In this document: positions 47,957-60,174 of the stretch, piece after piece
Layout: every line of letters starts with the position of its first letter
Position numbering within the stretch: position 1 is the stretch's first letter
Assembly (NCBI RefSeq): GCF_902713615.1
Contig: NC_052152.1
Location: 139,984,815 to 140,048,814 of the forward strand
Direction: 5' to 3'
DNA: 64,000 nucleotides
From: Scyliorhinus canicula
Lineage: Eukaryota
The notes under the pieces: generated by a model
Seen by the model: only the letters and a program-made list of their open reading frames with translations
What the model was told of the DNA's origin: nothing
The model's database searches: none
Position numbers and translations under genes: made by a program

Positions 47957-48699
47957 TTTGGGATTGGATTGGATTTGTTTATTGTCACATGTATTGAAGT
48001 ACACTGAAAAGTATTTTTCTGCAAGCAGCTCAAACAGATCATTAAGCACATGAAAAGAAAAGAAAAGAAAAGAAAAATAAATACATAATAGGGCAACACA
48101 AGTTACACAAGTGAACACATAGACACTGGCATCGGGTGAAGCATACAGGAGTGTAGTATTAATCAGGTCAGTCCATAAGAGGATCATTTAGGAGTCTGGT
48201 AACAGCGGAGAAGAAATTGTTTTTGAATCTGTTCTTGCGTGTTCTCAGACTTTTGTATCTCCTGCCCGTTGGAAGAAGTTGGAAGAGTGAGTAAGCCTGG
48301 TAGGAGGGGTCTTTAATTATGCTTCCCACTTTTCCCAGGCAACAGGAGGTGGAGATGGAGTCAATGGATGGGAGCAGGTTTGTGTCATGGACTGGACTGT
48401 GTTCACGACTCTGAAGTTTCTTGCCGTCTTGGGCTGAGCAGTTGCCACACCAGGCTGTGATGCAGCCCGATAGGATGCTTTCTATGGTGCATCTGTAAAA
48501 GTTGGTCAGAGTTAATGTGGCTAAATTTCCTTCATTTCCTGAGGACATATAGGCGCTGTTATGCTTTCTTGGTGGTAGTGTCGACGTGGATGGACCAGGA
48601 TAGATGTTTGGTGATGTGCACCCATAGGAATTTGAAGCCGCTAACCATCTCCACCTCTGCCCCGTTGATGCTGACAGGGGTGTGTATAGTACTGTACTT
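47957..48699 (-). mobile_element. Rex1/Babar LINE 3' fragment
   Basis: LTNFYRCTIESILSGCITAW..IIKDP..LLPTGRRYKS..RFKNNFF; 3' end GTGACAATAAACAAATCC(AATCC)n. Confidence 0.88.
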
Positions 48700-48719
48700 T
48701 GCTTCCGGAAGATTACTGT

Positions 48720-49640
48720 CTTTCAGTTATTTGCCTCTGCCAGTGATTAGGAGGAACTTGACACTGAGTTCCATACAAGCATCAGGATGAAAGTTAGCAC
48801 CATGTACCAGGTGGTGCTGTTTTGCTGAACAGTTTTTCTAAGCATTCCTTTAAGGGTGTGATTAATTTGTTCGACAAAGCCACTGGACCTGGGGTGATCG
48901 GTGATGTGGAATTTTTGATTGATGCCGAACAGCTGCATGACTTCCAGCATTACTTGGCCAGTGAAGTGGGTGTCTTGGTCTGACTCAATCGTTTGGGGGA
49001 GGCCTTATTGAGTACAAACCTGCTGGACCAAGAGTTTGGAGTAGAGTGGGGAAAGCTCCTGCCCATTTAGTGAAGGTATATATGATACCAGTATGCATTT
49101 GAATCCCGTCAGACAGGTGGGCAGGCCCAACACTGTCAATTTGGAGGTTTGTCCAGGGGCACTCGACTGATCGAGTGTGCGTTAGCTCACTCTTATGAGT
49201 GTATCGATGCGAGTTGTTTTGTGCACAGATTAGGAAATTGTCAATGTTGTGTCTGAGATCTTATCAAGGCCAGGCAATTAACATAGGACTTTGATCTTTT
49301 CCCCTGTGGCTGCTATCCCCCGATGCCCCTAGGCATCATGGTATTGGTAGATTATTGCTAGACGTTCGTCTCTCTCACTCTCTCTCTACCTCAGCCGACT
49401 CTCTACGTAGAGTGTCCCTCGGTATTGGGTGTAAGTTTCATGGTCGATGGAATGGATGAGAGAGCGAGATTCAATGTCAGCCTCCAGCATATATACATTT
49501 GTGGTATTTTCCAACCCTTTGCTGGTTTTGATCTGTCCCGGAATGTTAGCATTCTTTTCCTCCATCCAGGTGCCGTTATGTCCAGAAAGAGGGTTCCGAT
49601 GCAAATGCTTCCTTTGTCTCTGCTGATATTATGTATGTCT
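48720..49640 (-). pseudogene. Retroviral/LTR-type integrase remnant
   Basis: H-x4-H (YHDA*GH), LICAQNN, PWTNLQID, FTKWAGAFP, ESD-35 aa-E (HPRSSGFVEQINHTLK). Confidence 0.8.
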
Positions 49641-49654
49641 TAGAATTTACCTCA

Positions 49655-49925
49655 CCCAAGCCCCACGCCTCCACCCTGGCCCCCTTTATCCTCGTAACCC
49701 AGTAACCCCACCTCAGCTTTTTGACTAAGGGCAATTTAGATTGGCCAATCCACCTAACTGCACATCTTTGGACGGTGGGAGGAAACCGGGGCACCCAGAG
49801 GAAACCCACACACAAACTGGGAGAACGTGCAGACTCCACACAGACAGTGAGCCAAGCCGGGAATCGAACCTGGGGCCCTTGAGCTGTGAAGCAACTGTGC
49901 TAACCACTCTGCTACCGTGCTGCCC
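49655..49925 (-). mobile_element. HE1 SINE, 3'-truncated
   Basis: Head, B-box and core homologous to 9999-10250. Confidence 0.85.
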
Positions 49926-50523
49926 CTAGGCTACCGTGCTGCCATCTTGTGCCCATTGGTGCTCATTCGTTATAATGGGCGGAACTCTCCAACCCCCGCC
50001 GGGTCGGAGAATCGCCGGGGGGGCGACATGAATCCCGCCCCCGCTGGATCATGCCACGCCGGTTGCCGGCCGCTGGCAGCAGCTCCCCCCCCCCCCCACC
50101 CCCCGGCGATTCTCCGGCCCGCGATGGGCCAAGTGGCCACCCGTTTTCGGCCGGTCCCGCCGGTGTAAATTGCTGGCGGCTTCCGGGGTCCTCGGTGGGG
50201 GTGGGGGGGAGATCTGGCCCCGGGCGGTGCCCCCACGGTGGCCTGGCCCGCGATCGGGGCCCATCGATCCGTGGGCTGGCCTGTGCCGTGGGGGTACTCT
50301 ATTCCTCCGCGTCGGCTGCTGTGGTCCTCCGCGATGGCTGACGCAGAGAAGATCCCCTCTGCGCAAGCGCTGGGATGACACCAGTATACGCTGCTGCTCC
50401 AGCGCATGCGCCAACTCGCGCCAGCCAGCAGAGGCCCTTCGGCGCCGGTTGGCGTGGCACCAAGCCCCTTCCCTGATGCCCACCGGGGCGCAAACCACTC
50501 CATGCCAGCCTAGCCCCTGAAGA

Positions 50524-52946
50524 TAGAACATAGAACATAGAACGATACAGCGCAGTACAGGCCCTTCGGCCCTCGATGTTGCACCGACATGGAAAAAAAC
50601 TAAAGGCCATCTAACCTACACTATGCCCTTATCATCCATATGCTTATCCAATAAACTTTTAAATGCCCTCAATGTTGGCGAGTTCACTACTGTTGCAGGT
50701 AGGGCATTCCACGGCCTCACCACACTTTGCGTAAAAAACCCACCTCTGACCTCTGTCCTATATCTATTACCCCTCAATTTAAGGCTATGTCCCCTCGTGC
50801 TAGCCACCTCCATCCGCGGGAGAAGGCTCTCGCTGTCCACCCTATCTAACCCTCTGATCATTTTGTATGCCTCTATTAAGTCACCTCTTAACCTTCTTCT
50901 CTCTAACGAAAACAACCTCAAGTCCATCAGCCTTTCCTCATAAGATTTTCCCTCCATACCAGGCAACATCCTGGTAAATCTCCTCTGCACCCGTTCCAAG
51001 GCTTCCACGTCCTTCCTATAATGAGGCGACCAGAACTGTACGCAATACTCCAAATGCGGCCGTACTAGAGTTTTGTACAACTGCAACATGACCTCATGGC
51101 TCCGGAACTCAATCCCTCTACCAATAAAGGCCAACACACCATAGGCCTTCTTCACAACCCTATCAACCTGGGTGGCAACTTTCAGGGATCTATGTACATG
51201 GACACCAAGATCCCTCTGCTCATCTACACTACCAAGAATTTTACCATTAGCCAAATATTCCGCATTCCTGTTATTCTTTCCAAAGTGAATCACCTCACAC
51301 TTCTCCACATTAAACTCCATTTGCCACCTCTCAGCCCAGCTCTGCAGCTTATCTATGTCACTCTGTAACCTGCAACATCCTTCCGCACTGTCTACAACTC
51401 CACCGACTTTAGTGTCGTCTGCAAATTTACTCACCCATCCTTCTGCGCCCTCCTCTAGGTCATTTATAAAAATGACAAACAGCAACGGCCCCAGAACAGA
51501 TCCTTGTGGTACGCCACTCGTAACTGAACTCCATTCTGAACATTTCCCATCAACTACCACTCTCTGTCTTCTTTCAACTAGCCAATTTCTGATCCACATC
51601 TCTAAATCACCCTCAATCCCCAGCCTCCGTATTTTCTGCAATAGCCGACCGTGGGGAACCTTATCAAACGCTTTACTGAAATCCATATACACCACATCAA
51701 CTGCTCTACCCTCGTCTACCTGTTCAGTCACCTTCTCAAAGAACTCGATAAGGTTTGTGAGGCATGACCTACCCTTCACAAAACCATGCTGACTATCCCT
51801 AATCATATTATTCCTATCTAGATGATTATAAATCGTATCTTTTATAATCCTCTCCAAGACCTTACCCACCACAGATGTTAGGCTCACCGGCCTATAGTTA
51901 CCGGGGTTATCTCTACTCCCCTTCTTGAACAAAGGGACCACATTTGCTATCCTCCAGTCCTCTGGCACTATTCCTGTAGCCAATGATGACCTAAAAATCA
52001 AAGCCAAAGGCTCAGCAATCTCTTCCCTGGCTTCCCAGAGAATCCTAGGATAAATCCCATCCGGCCCCGGGGACTTATCTATTTTCACCTTGTCCAGAAT
52101 TGCCAACACTTCTTCCCTACGCACCTCAATGCCATCTATTCTAATAGCCTGGGTCTCAGCATTCTCCTCCACAATATTATCTTTTTCTTGAGTGAATACT
52201 GACGAAAAGTATTCATTTAGTATCTCGCTTATCTCCTCAGCCTCCACACACAACTTCCCACCACTGTCCTTGACTGGCCCTACTCTTACCCTAGTCATTC
52301 TTTTATTCCTGACATACCTATAGAAAGCTTTTGGGTTTTCCTTGATCCTACCTGCCAAAGACTTCTCATGTCCCCTCCTTGCTCGTCTCAGCTCTCTCTT
52401 TAGATCCTTCCTCGCTTCCTTGTAACTATCAGACGCCCCAACTGAAACTTCATGCCTCATCTTCACATAGGCCTCCTTCTTCCTCTTAACAAGAGATTCC
52501 ACTTCTTTGGTAAACCACGGTTCCCTCGTTCGACCCCTTCCTCCCTGCCTGACTGGTACGTACTTATCAAGAACATGCAATAGCTGTTCCTTGAACAAGC
52601 TCCACATATCCAGTGTGCCCAACCCTTGCAGCCTACTTCTCCAACCAACACATCCTAAGTCATGTCTAATAGCATCATAATTGCCCTTCCCCCAGCTATA
52701 ACTCTTGCCCTGCGGGGTATACTTATCCCTTTCCATCACTAACGTAAAGGTCACCGAATTGTGGTCACTGTTTCCAAAGTGCTCACCTACCTCCAGATCT
52801 AACACCTGGCCTGGTTCATTACCCAAAACCAAATCCAATGTGGCCTCGCTTCTTGTTGGCCTGTCAACATATTGTGTCAGGAAACCCTCCTGCACACATT
52901 GTACAAAGAATGACCCATCTAATGTACTCGAACTATATCTTTTCCA
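50524..52946 (-). mobile_element. Young 5'-truncated CR1 (HER1-like) LINE
   Basis: Unbroken ORF2 portion; 3' hairpin GGGCCGAAGGGCCTG and (GTTCTAT)n tail. Confidence 0.95.
50616..52946 (-). CDS. CR1 ORF2, 5'-truncated (end of endonuclease + complete reverse transcriptase), no stops
   Basis: GNSDHN, KSPGPDG, NYRPVSLTS, YMDFSKAFDKV, GVPQGSVLGP, KFADD. No native start codon: the upstream 22 codons in the ORF track are MITE sequence. Confidence 0.85.
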   Translation of the reverse strand, partial: WKRYSSSTLDGSFFVQCVQEGFLTQYVDRPTRSEATLDLVLGNEPGQVLDLEVGEHFGNSDHNSVTFTLVMERDKYTPQGKSYSWGKGNYDAIRHDLGCVGWRSRLQGLGTLDMWSLFKEQLLHVLDKYVPVRQGGRGRTREPWFTKEVESLVKRKKEAYVKMRHEVSVGASDSYKEARKDLKRELRRARRGHEKSLAGRIKENPKAFYRYVRNKRMTRVRVGPVKDSGGKLCVEAEEISEILNEYFSSVFTQEKDNIVEENAETQAIRIDGIEVRREEVLAILDKVKIDKSPGPDGIYPRILWEAREEIAEPLALIFRSSLATGIVPEDWRIANVVPLFKKGSRDNPGNYRPVSLTSVVGKVLERIIKDTIYNHLDRNNMIRDSQHGFVKGRSCLTNLIEFFEKVTEQVDEGRAVDVVYMDFSKAFDKVPHGRLLQKIRRLGIEGDLEMWIRNWLVERRQRVVVDGKCSEWSSVTSGVPQGSVLGPLLFVIFINDLEEGAEGWVSKFADDTKVGGVVDSAEGCCRLQSDIDKLQSWAERWQMEFNVEKCEVIHFGKNNRNAEYLANGKILGSVDEQRDLGVHVHRSLKVATQVDRVVKKAYGVLAFIGRGIEFRSHEVMLQLYKTLVRPHLEYCVQFWSPHYRKDVEALERVQRRFTRMLPGMEGKSYEERLMDLRLFSLERRRLRGDLIEAYKMIRGLDRVDSESLLPRMEVASTRGHSLKLRGNRYRTEVRGGFFTQSVVRPWNALPATVVNSPTLRAFKSLLDKHMDDKGIV

Positions 52947-53199
52947 TCTTTGCGGCGGCCCGACACCAGAGTAGTTCACGCCACTCTTCGGCGCCGGGAC
53001 CCCCCGCCACACCAGCTAAGGGAGAATCCCGCCCAATGTTTCCAGTTAGCACCTGATTGCTGAAGTCCGGTGTGGCTTTACCCAACCTGGTTTTGCAAGA
53101 TTGTGTATTTCAGCAATCTTTGGACAAATCTGCTCTTAAATCCCATCATCCACCTCGGTTTGCCACCTTTTAGGTCAAATGTCCTGGGAGCCATTTGGC

Positions 53200-53350
53200 T
53201 ACACTATATCTAAATCATCCTTCTCCATTGTGAACACAGATGCAAAATACTCATTTAATACCTCATCCACGTCTTCCAGCTTCACACTAAGATTGTCACT
53301 TTGGTCCCTAATGGGCCCTACTCTTTTGCTGGTTACCTTCCTTGCCCTTA
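53200..53350 (-). mobile_element. CR1 internal fragment
   Basis: RVGPIRDQ..VLNEYFASVFT on the minus strand. Confidence 0.7.
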
Positions 53351-53384
53351 ATAAAACTGCAGACTATCACTTAAATCAAGAATG

Positions 53385-54095
53385 ACTGCAGAATTCTGAG
53401 GTGTGGAGGTGTTCTAGTGAATGAGTCACAAAAAGTTAGTGTGCCATCTTCAGCAAGTAATTAAGAATCCTGATGGAATGCTATCCTTCATTACAAGAGG
53501 AATTGACCATAAAAGTAAGGATGTTATGGTTCAGTATATCAGGGCAGTGGTAAGACAACATCCCAACCACTGTGTGCAGTTTTGGTCTATTTATTTAAGG
53601 AAGGAGGTAAATGCGTCCGAGGCAGTTCAGAGGCAGTTTATGACATTGATGCCTGAAAGGAGCGGTTTGTTTTATCAAGAAAGATTAGACAGACTGGGCT
53701 TGTTTCCACTTAAGTTTGGAAGAGTGAAGGGTGACTCGATTGAAGAGTATAAGTTCTGGAATGGTATTGCCAAGGTGGACGTGGAAAGGACGTTTCCTCT
53801 TGTGGGTGAGTCCAGAACTAGGGGACTATGTATTAAAATTATGGACAACCTATAGGGCAGAGATGAGGAGAACTTATTTTCTCTCACTGGATTGTGTGAC
53901 TCTGTAACTCTGCCTCAGAACACAGTGGAGGCGGGGACATTGAATACCTTTACGGCAGAGGTAGGTGGATTCTTGTTAGGCAAGGGAATCGAAGGGTATG
54001 TGATGGGGATGTGAATTTGAAACAAAAACAAATTAGTAATAATCTTATTGATGGCTCAAGGGGCCGAATGGCCTACTTCTGCTCCTATTTCGTAT
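53385..54095 (+). mobile_element. CR1 3' fragment, decayed
   Basis: GMLSFITRGI..HCVQFWS..AVQRQF..GESRTRG; tail GGGGCCGAATGGCCTACTTCTGCTCCTA. Confidence 0.85.
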
Positions 54096-54718
54096 GCCTG
54101 GTTCACACTTGTCAAGTAATTAACAGCTGTTTATCTATTCATGCATCAGTCTCAAGTGATACATGATAGCACAGGGGCAGAACTCCATGTCATTTCACTG
54201 GATATAGTTCTGTTTGAACTTAACCGTGGCACTGAACAGTTGAATTAATTTGCTATTTGAAAAATAAACCACGACATGTCCAGGTAGCAGGGGGGGGGCT
54301 TAGTTTTCCTGGGTGGCCACTGTTTCATAATTCTCCCACCACCCTCCACTGTGCCTCAGGCACGCCATGAGGCCTGTTAGATAATGATTTCTGAAAAATC
54401 GCAGAGTAAATTAATCAGAGTGCAGGAAAGAGATATCAAATGAATAGCCATGTATTGTGTGTCAGCTGTATAATAAACAAACTGATGCTATCACAATATG
54501 AATCATAATGGCAATTTAAATGAATTTTCAAATTGTTTAGAACTAGAAGCATAGGAATGGGAGCAAACCTTGAGCCTGTCCCCTTATTCAATTTGATCAC
54601 GCCTGAACACTTTCTTAACTCAATCTATCCGAACCCCAAAATACTGGAGGTAGATACTAAACATTTACCGTCATGGTCATACCAAACCGCACATTCTTGG
54701 AGTGCAGGACCTGAGATG

Positions 54719-56439
54719 AGAACAAAGAACAAAGAACAAAGAAAATTACAGCACAGGAACAGGCCCTTCGGCCCTCCCAGCCTGCGCCAATCCAGATCCT
54801 TTACCTAAACCTGTCGCCTATTTTCCAAGGATCTACATCCCTCTGTTCCCCGCCTGTTCATATATCTGTCTAGATGCATCTTAAATGATGCTATCGTACC
54901 CGCCTCTATAACCTCCGCTGGCAAAGCATTCCAGGCATCCACCACCCTCTGCGTAAAAAACGTTCCATGCACATCTCCCTTAAACTTTCCCCCTCTCACC
55001 TTGAAATCGTGACCCCTTGTAATTGACAGCCCCACTCTTGGAAAAAGCTTGTTGCTATCCACCCTGCTATCCATACCTCTCATAATTTTGTAGACCTCAA
55101 TCAGGTCCCCCCTCAACCTCCGTCTTTCCAACAAAAACAATCCTAATCTACTCAACCTTTCTTTATAGCTAGCACCCTCCATACCAGGCAACATCCCGGT
55201 GAACCTTCTCTGCACCCTCTCTAAAGCATCCACATCCTTCTGGTAATGTGGTGACCAGAACTGCACGCAGTATTCCAAATGTGGACTAACCAAAGTCATA
55301 TACAACTGTAACATGACCTGCCGACTCTTGTACTCAATACCCCGTCCAATGAAGGCAAGCATGCTGTATGCCTTCTTGACCACTCTATCGACCTGCGTTG
55401 CCACCTTCAGGGTACAATGGACCTGAACTCCCAGATCTCTCTGTACATCAATTTTCCCCAGGACTCTTCCATTGACCATATAGTCTGCTCTTGAATTTGA
55501 TCTTCCAAAATGCATCACCTCGCATTTTCCTGGATTGAATGCCATCTGCCATTTCTCTGCCTAACTCTCCAATCTATCTATATTTTTCTGTATTCTCTGA
55601 CAGTCCTCCTCGCTATCTGCAACTCCACCAATCTTAGTATCATCTGCAAACTTGCTAATCAGACCACCTATACCTTCCTCCAGATCATTTATGTATATCA
55701 CAAACAACAGTGGTCTGAGTACGGATCCCTGTGGAACACCACTAGTCACCTTTCTCCATTTTGAGATACTCCCTTCTACCACTACTCTCTGTCTCCTGTT
55801 GCCCGGCCAGTTCTTTATCCATCTAGCTAGTACACTCTGAACCCCATACGACTTCACTTTTTCCATCAATCTGCCATGGGAAACTTTATCAAACGCCTTA
55901 CTGAAGTCCATGTATATGACATCAACAGCCATTCCCTCATCAATTAACTTTGTCACTTCCTCAAAGAATTCTATTAGGTTTGTAAGACATGACCTTCCCT
56001 GCACAAAACCATGCTGTCTATCACTGATAAGTCTATTTTCTTCCAAATGTGAACAAATCCTATCCCTCAGTATCTTCTCCAACAGTTTGCCTACCACTGA
56101 CGTCAAGCTCACAGGTCTATAATTCCCTGGATTATCCCTGATACCCTTCTTAAACAAAGGGACAACATTAGCAATTCTCCAGTCCTCCGGGACCTCACCC
56201 GTGCTCAAGGATGCTGGAAAGATATCTGTTAAGGCCCCAGCTATTTCGTCCCTCTCTTCCCTCAGTAACCTGAGATAGATCCCACCCGGACCTGGGGACT
56301 GGTCCACCTTAATGACTTTAAGAATACACAAAACTTCCCCCTTCCTTATGCCGACTTAACCTAGAGTATTTAAACATCCATACCCAGCCTCAACATCCGT
56401 CATGTCCCCCTCCTTGGTGAATACCGATGCAAAGTACTC
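54719..56439 (-). mobile_element. 5'-truncated CR1 LINE (RT with a premature stop)
   Basis: ORFs 55561-56331 and 54805-55545 with all RT motifs; (AGAACAA)n tail on +. Confidence 0.93.
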
Positions 56440-56799
56440 CTTACTCATGAGAGCAGAACATTCGGTCAAGTTACCGAAGCTTTCGGCAGTCAGTCATGTG
56501 CGTTGGGGGGGGGGGGGGGGGGGAGTTGGGAAGAATTGCGGTCAAACTTCACGTGCAGTCACCACTGGGCATCATTTTGGGGGCCAACTCTGGCCACAAT
56601 CACAGGCGATGCTTTGACCAAATGTGGACTTTAGGAAAAAGGTGCTGATCCTTGCGGCTCTCTCAGTGATACTTCAGTGAGGAAACCATCATAAAGATTG
56701 AGCCTGGTGTCATCACTGCGGACAGTGTTACACATAGGCAGGAGAGGTGAAGGAGAAGATTGCACCACAGGTGCCTGGTTCAACAAAGGGAGGAGTGAA

Positions 56800-57920
56800 T
56801 CCTCAATAACAAGGTGCAACAAGACCTCCTACAGACTCCGAGGATGATCCCCAGAGAGCCGACATGCGTGGGCACCTCACGACCCAGGATCTGTAGGCAT
56901 TGTATGTGGTACTTGCAGATAAGCGAGAACTAGTGTCGCCAAAACATGTGCATGTCAAGGGAACCAGTCACTGACATATGCCACTTTATGCAGGGTTTTG
57001 CACAATGGGGACTTGGCATCCACTGCCATTGGCAGTAACACTTTCCACCGCATTAAATTTCGAAAGCATTGGATCCTTCTATGGTTCCACCGGGGACTCT
57101 TGCACTATTTTGCAAATCTCCACTCACAAATGCAGCCAGACTGTCCTGGGTGCCATTTTTGACAAGGCGCAAAATTTTGTCAAATTCAACAGAGAGCAGA
57201 CAAGTCAGGATGCAAGACCACTGAGATTTGCTGAGATTTTTGAATTTCTACAGGTGCCAGGTGCCATTGATTGCATCATGTTGTTCTTAATCTCCCTGGC
57301 AACAAGCAGTCCAGTATGTCAGCTGCAAGGGCTTCTATTGCCTCAATGTTCAGCTGGTCCGCAACCATAACAAATATATCATGCATTATTACACAAGGTA
57401 CCCCTGAAGCATCCATGAATCCTGCATCCTCAGTAGGTTTCAGATTCCTGACATCTTCCAGGAACCATACAGGGTGCAGGGTTAGCTCTTCAGAGACAAG
57501 GGCTATCCACAATGAATTCTGCTGATGGCATCTGTGTGCTGCAAACCCAGACTCCTCCTTAGAAAAATTTGAACAAGGTTCATGCCACAACCTATACTTT
57601 GGCAGATCACCCCATAGGGATCGTGAAAATGCGACTCCAGTGTCTGGACAGTTCTGGTGAAGCACTCCAGTACACTCCACAGAGGAAGTCATGCATCATA
57701 ATGGTTTGCTGCCTGCTACACAACCTGAAAATCAAAGGGGGGAGGACCCGGTTGATAAGGAGGTGAAAGTGCTGCACATCTCCTCTAAGGAGACGATCAA
57801 AAGAGGATAAGGCAGGTGAGGTCCTATAAACCAAGGAGGCAGAGGAAGAGGCCATTACACAAATCAGACAAGGCAGACATGATCGTGATGTCCTCATTGC
57901 CAGAAAATTCCAGGAGGAGA
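56800..57920 (+). pseudogene. Harbinger (HARBI1-like) transposase
   Basis: HPLPLAVTLSTALNF..GSFYGSTGD, QVPGAIDC, GFYCLNVQLV, IGIVKMRLQCLDSSGEALQY, CCLLHNL. Confidence 0.85.
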
Positions 57921-58499
57921 ATGGCAAAATGCAGTGAGGACACTCCTGGACAAGTCTCCTCCATCATGGACCAACATGAAGGTGATCATTGCCATTCCTC
58001 TAATGTCAGCCATGAATTTCCAGATGACAACGCATCATTGTACAACTATCTCACATCGCCCTAAAGCTTTGAAGAATGAAGACACCTAAGGGCACGTGTC
58101 AGTCTTGAGATAATATGCTACCAGAAGAAGGTCTTCATCAGAAATTGCTGCATCCTTACATGTTCCTCCTAGTCAAACACAACGCTAAAAGACACACAGG
58201 CACTTGGACCATCATGAGGGTGATAATTGCTGCATGCTTTCGATCTGGCAAGGTCTTCAGTGAGATCCATCCAGATCAAGGCAATCGCAGATGAGATGTT
58301 GTTACATCATTGGTGAGAGACAAACATCACACTTGGAACAATGGACCCAATAAAATCCCACTGGTATGACAGCACATATTGATGACTCAGCTGGCTGTGG
58401 TTCACTTGCCAAGATAAGACTCTCATCCAGCAGTATCAATTAAGGATGAATAGTTTTATTAATCACAACACAAGAACGGAAGCAGTGCATCTGAGAATG

Positions 58500-60174
58500 G
58501 CAAGGCCAGAAACTTGGCTACATGACACTGAGATGTCTTCTCTGACATACAAGCAGTGTGTCCTCATGTCCAGGCCTTGCCGTTGACAAGTCCAAAATGA
58601 TAAGACAAGATGAAGCCCTCAAGAGTACTGTTCTGGCTCATCACACACTTGATCCTATCACAGTGGTCCTCAGAACATTGCGAGAAGCTATGATACACAA
58701 TTCCAGTGCAGGCCCAAATGCTGATGTGGCCCTCAGAGATTATCCATTTGCTAGCTGTATCTGTAAGGTGCTAGAGAGTGAAGGTGATGAGATGAACATC
58801 GCTGTCCACCAACTTTGTGAAGATACCATTCTCCCCACAATAGATACATGTTCAGGGTTGCAGACACTGAAGGTTGGCCATCTCAGTGCCTGCATATATG
58901 TGTGGCATTGCTTCGTCATCCTGAGGTAGCAATGTTCTCCGACTTTGAGCTGAGATCATCATATTGATTGAAGATGAAAGCAAATTACTGCGGATGTTGG
59001 ATAATCTCAGTGGGTCTGACAGCATCTGTGGAGAGAGAAGGGTCCTAACGTTTCGAGTCTGGATGTCTCTTTGTGCTCAATATGCTAACAGAGCACATCG
59101 CAGGACCCTGCGACATTTGGATACACTGAACTGACTCAGCAAATTCCTGGCCTCCAGCAGTCCTCTAATGATGGTGATCTCAGATGTTCCTGCCTCTGCC
59201 TGCTGTGGATCAGATAACTGTGTTCACCTGATTGTGAACCAGTCTACTCGAGGACTAGGTTCCACTGAGGGTGCAGAGAGTGCGGGTGGGCACTGTGACA
59301 GGTCTTTAATGCGGGCCTCCTCAGGTTCCTCATTTGTGGTCGCCTTGGGTCTGGAGTTGATGGCCAGGCTCATGCCTGACCTTAGCAGCTTTCCAGAGGG
59401 ACCTGTGAAAGAAAGGAGAGATAATTAGTGAATGGCAGGGTACTCTGAAATAGGAGGCATCATTCGCAATATGGCTGTCTGATGAATATTGTAGTGTAGG
59501 ATCCTCACTTGCGTGAGTGCTGCTGACCTACGTGTCAGGGCAGGCAGAAGAATTCACATCCTCACCAGCCAGTTGGATGGTTCTATTCTCAGTCAGGGAG
59601 GAACTTGATTTTGGCAACTCCTCCACCAATGGTGTCTCTCTATCAAATCGTGGGCCAGCTGATGCTGCATGACAACTGATGGAGAGAGTGTGAGGAAGAC
59701 GCATGAGAGGGCAGATTATGAGGACACCTGGCATGTTTGGGTGACAAGTGAAACCCTGGATACGATAAGGACACAAGTTCCAGAGGAGATGAGGCCAGAT
59801 GGAGAAGTGAGGGATTGCAAGAGTGAGTGGTGATGTTCTTTGAGGTGGTAGAGAGTGAGGTTTTTGTGAATATGTGATGGGCTTGTGAATTGAGAGTGAT
59901 AAGATGGGCGACTCACCATGGCGGATTGAAAAACATGATTCACCCTCTTCCTGGACTGGGTGGTTTCTTTGAAGGGCTGCCTGCCCTGACACATTTTCTT
60001 TGAAGTTAGTTGTTGCTGACTAGCACTTCCCAGGTTGGATTGGTCAACTTGGTTGCTGTTCTGCAGTCAGGAAATGAAGTGAAGGATATTGCAGAGGTCT
60101 GCTGTGTCCAGCAGGTGCTCCATTAAGGCAACACTAAAATTGTGTGCAATATGCTTCCTCCGTTTGGATGTCAT
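58500..60174 (-). pseudogene. Harbinger Myb/SANT-like accessory gene remnant with two introns
   Basis: ATG at 60174; ..TQSRKRVNHVF; GT-AG introns 59916-59665 and 59508-59403. Confidence 0.6.
58977..59074 (-). mobile_element. Penelope-like terminal-repeat fragment
   Basis: Homologous to 26108-26228; minus strand ..ACAAAGAGACATCCAGACTCGAAACGTTAG. Confidence 0.65.

Larger units (their letters stand above)
49977..53034. mobile_element. Harbinger-type MITE split by a CR1 insertion
   Basis: GGGCGGAACTCTCC ... GGAGAATCCCGCCC; TSD AAT; halves collinear with 46943-47608. Confidence 0.9.

Noticed and set aside
6055-50610. Many overlapping 60-190 aa ORFs in GC-rich blocks
   Set aside because: They coincide with TIR-bounded MITEs; high GC content suppresses stop codons and no domain is recognisable.
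52947-53012. N-terminus of the 798-aa ORF as a novel MITE-LINE fusion protein
   Set aside because: The start is a GTG in MITE sequence that happens to be in frame; there is no ATG and no evidence of expression.
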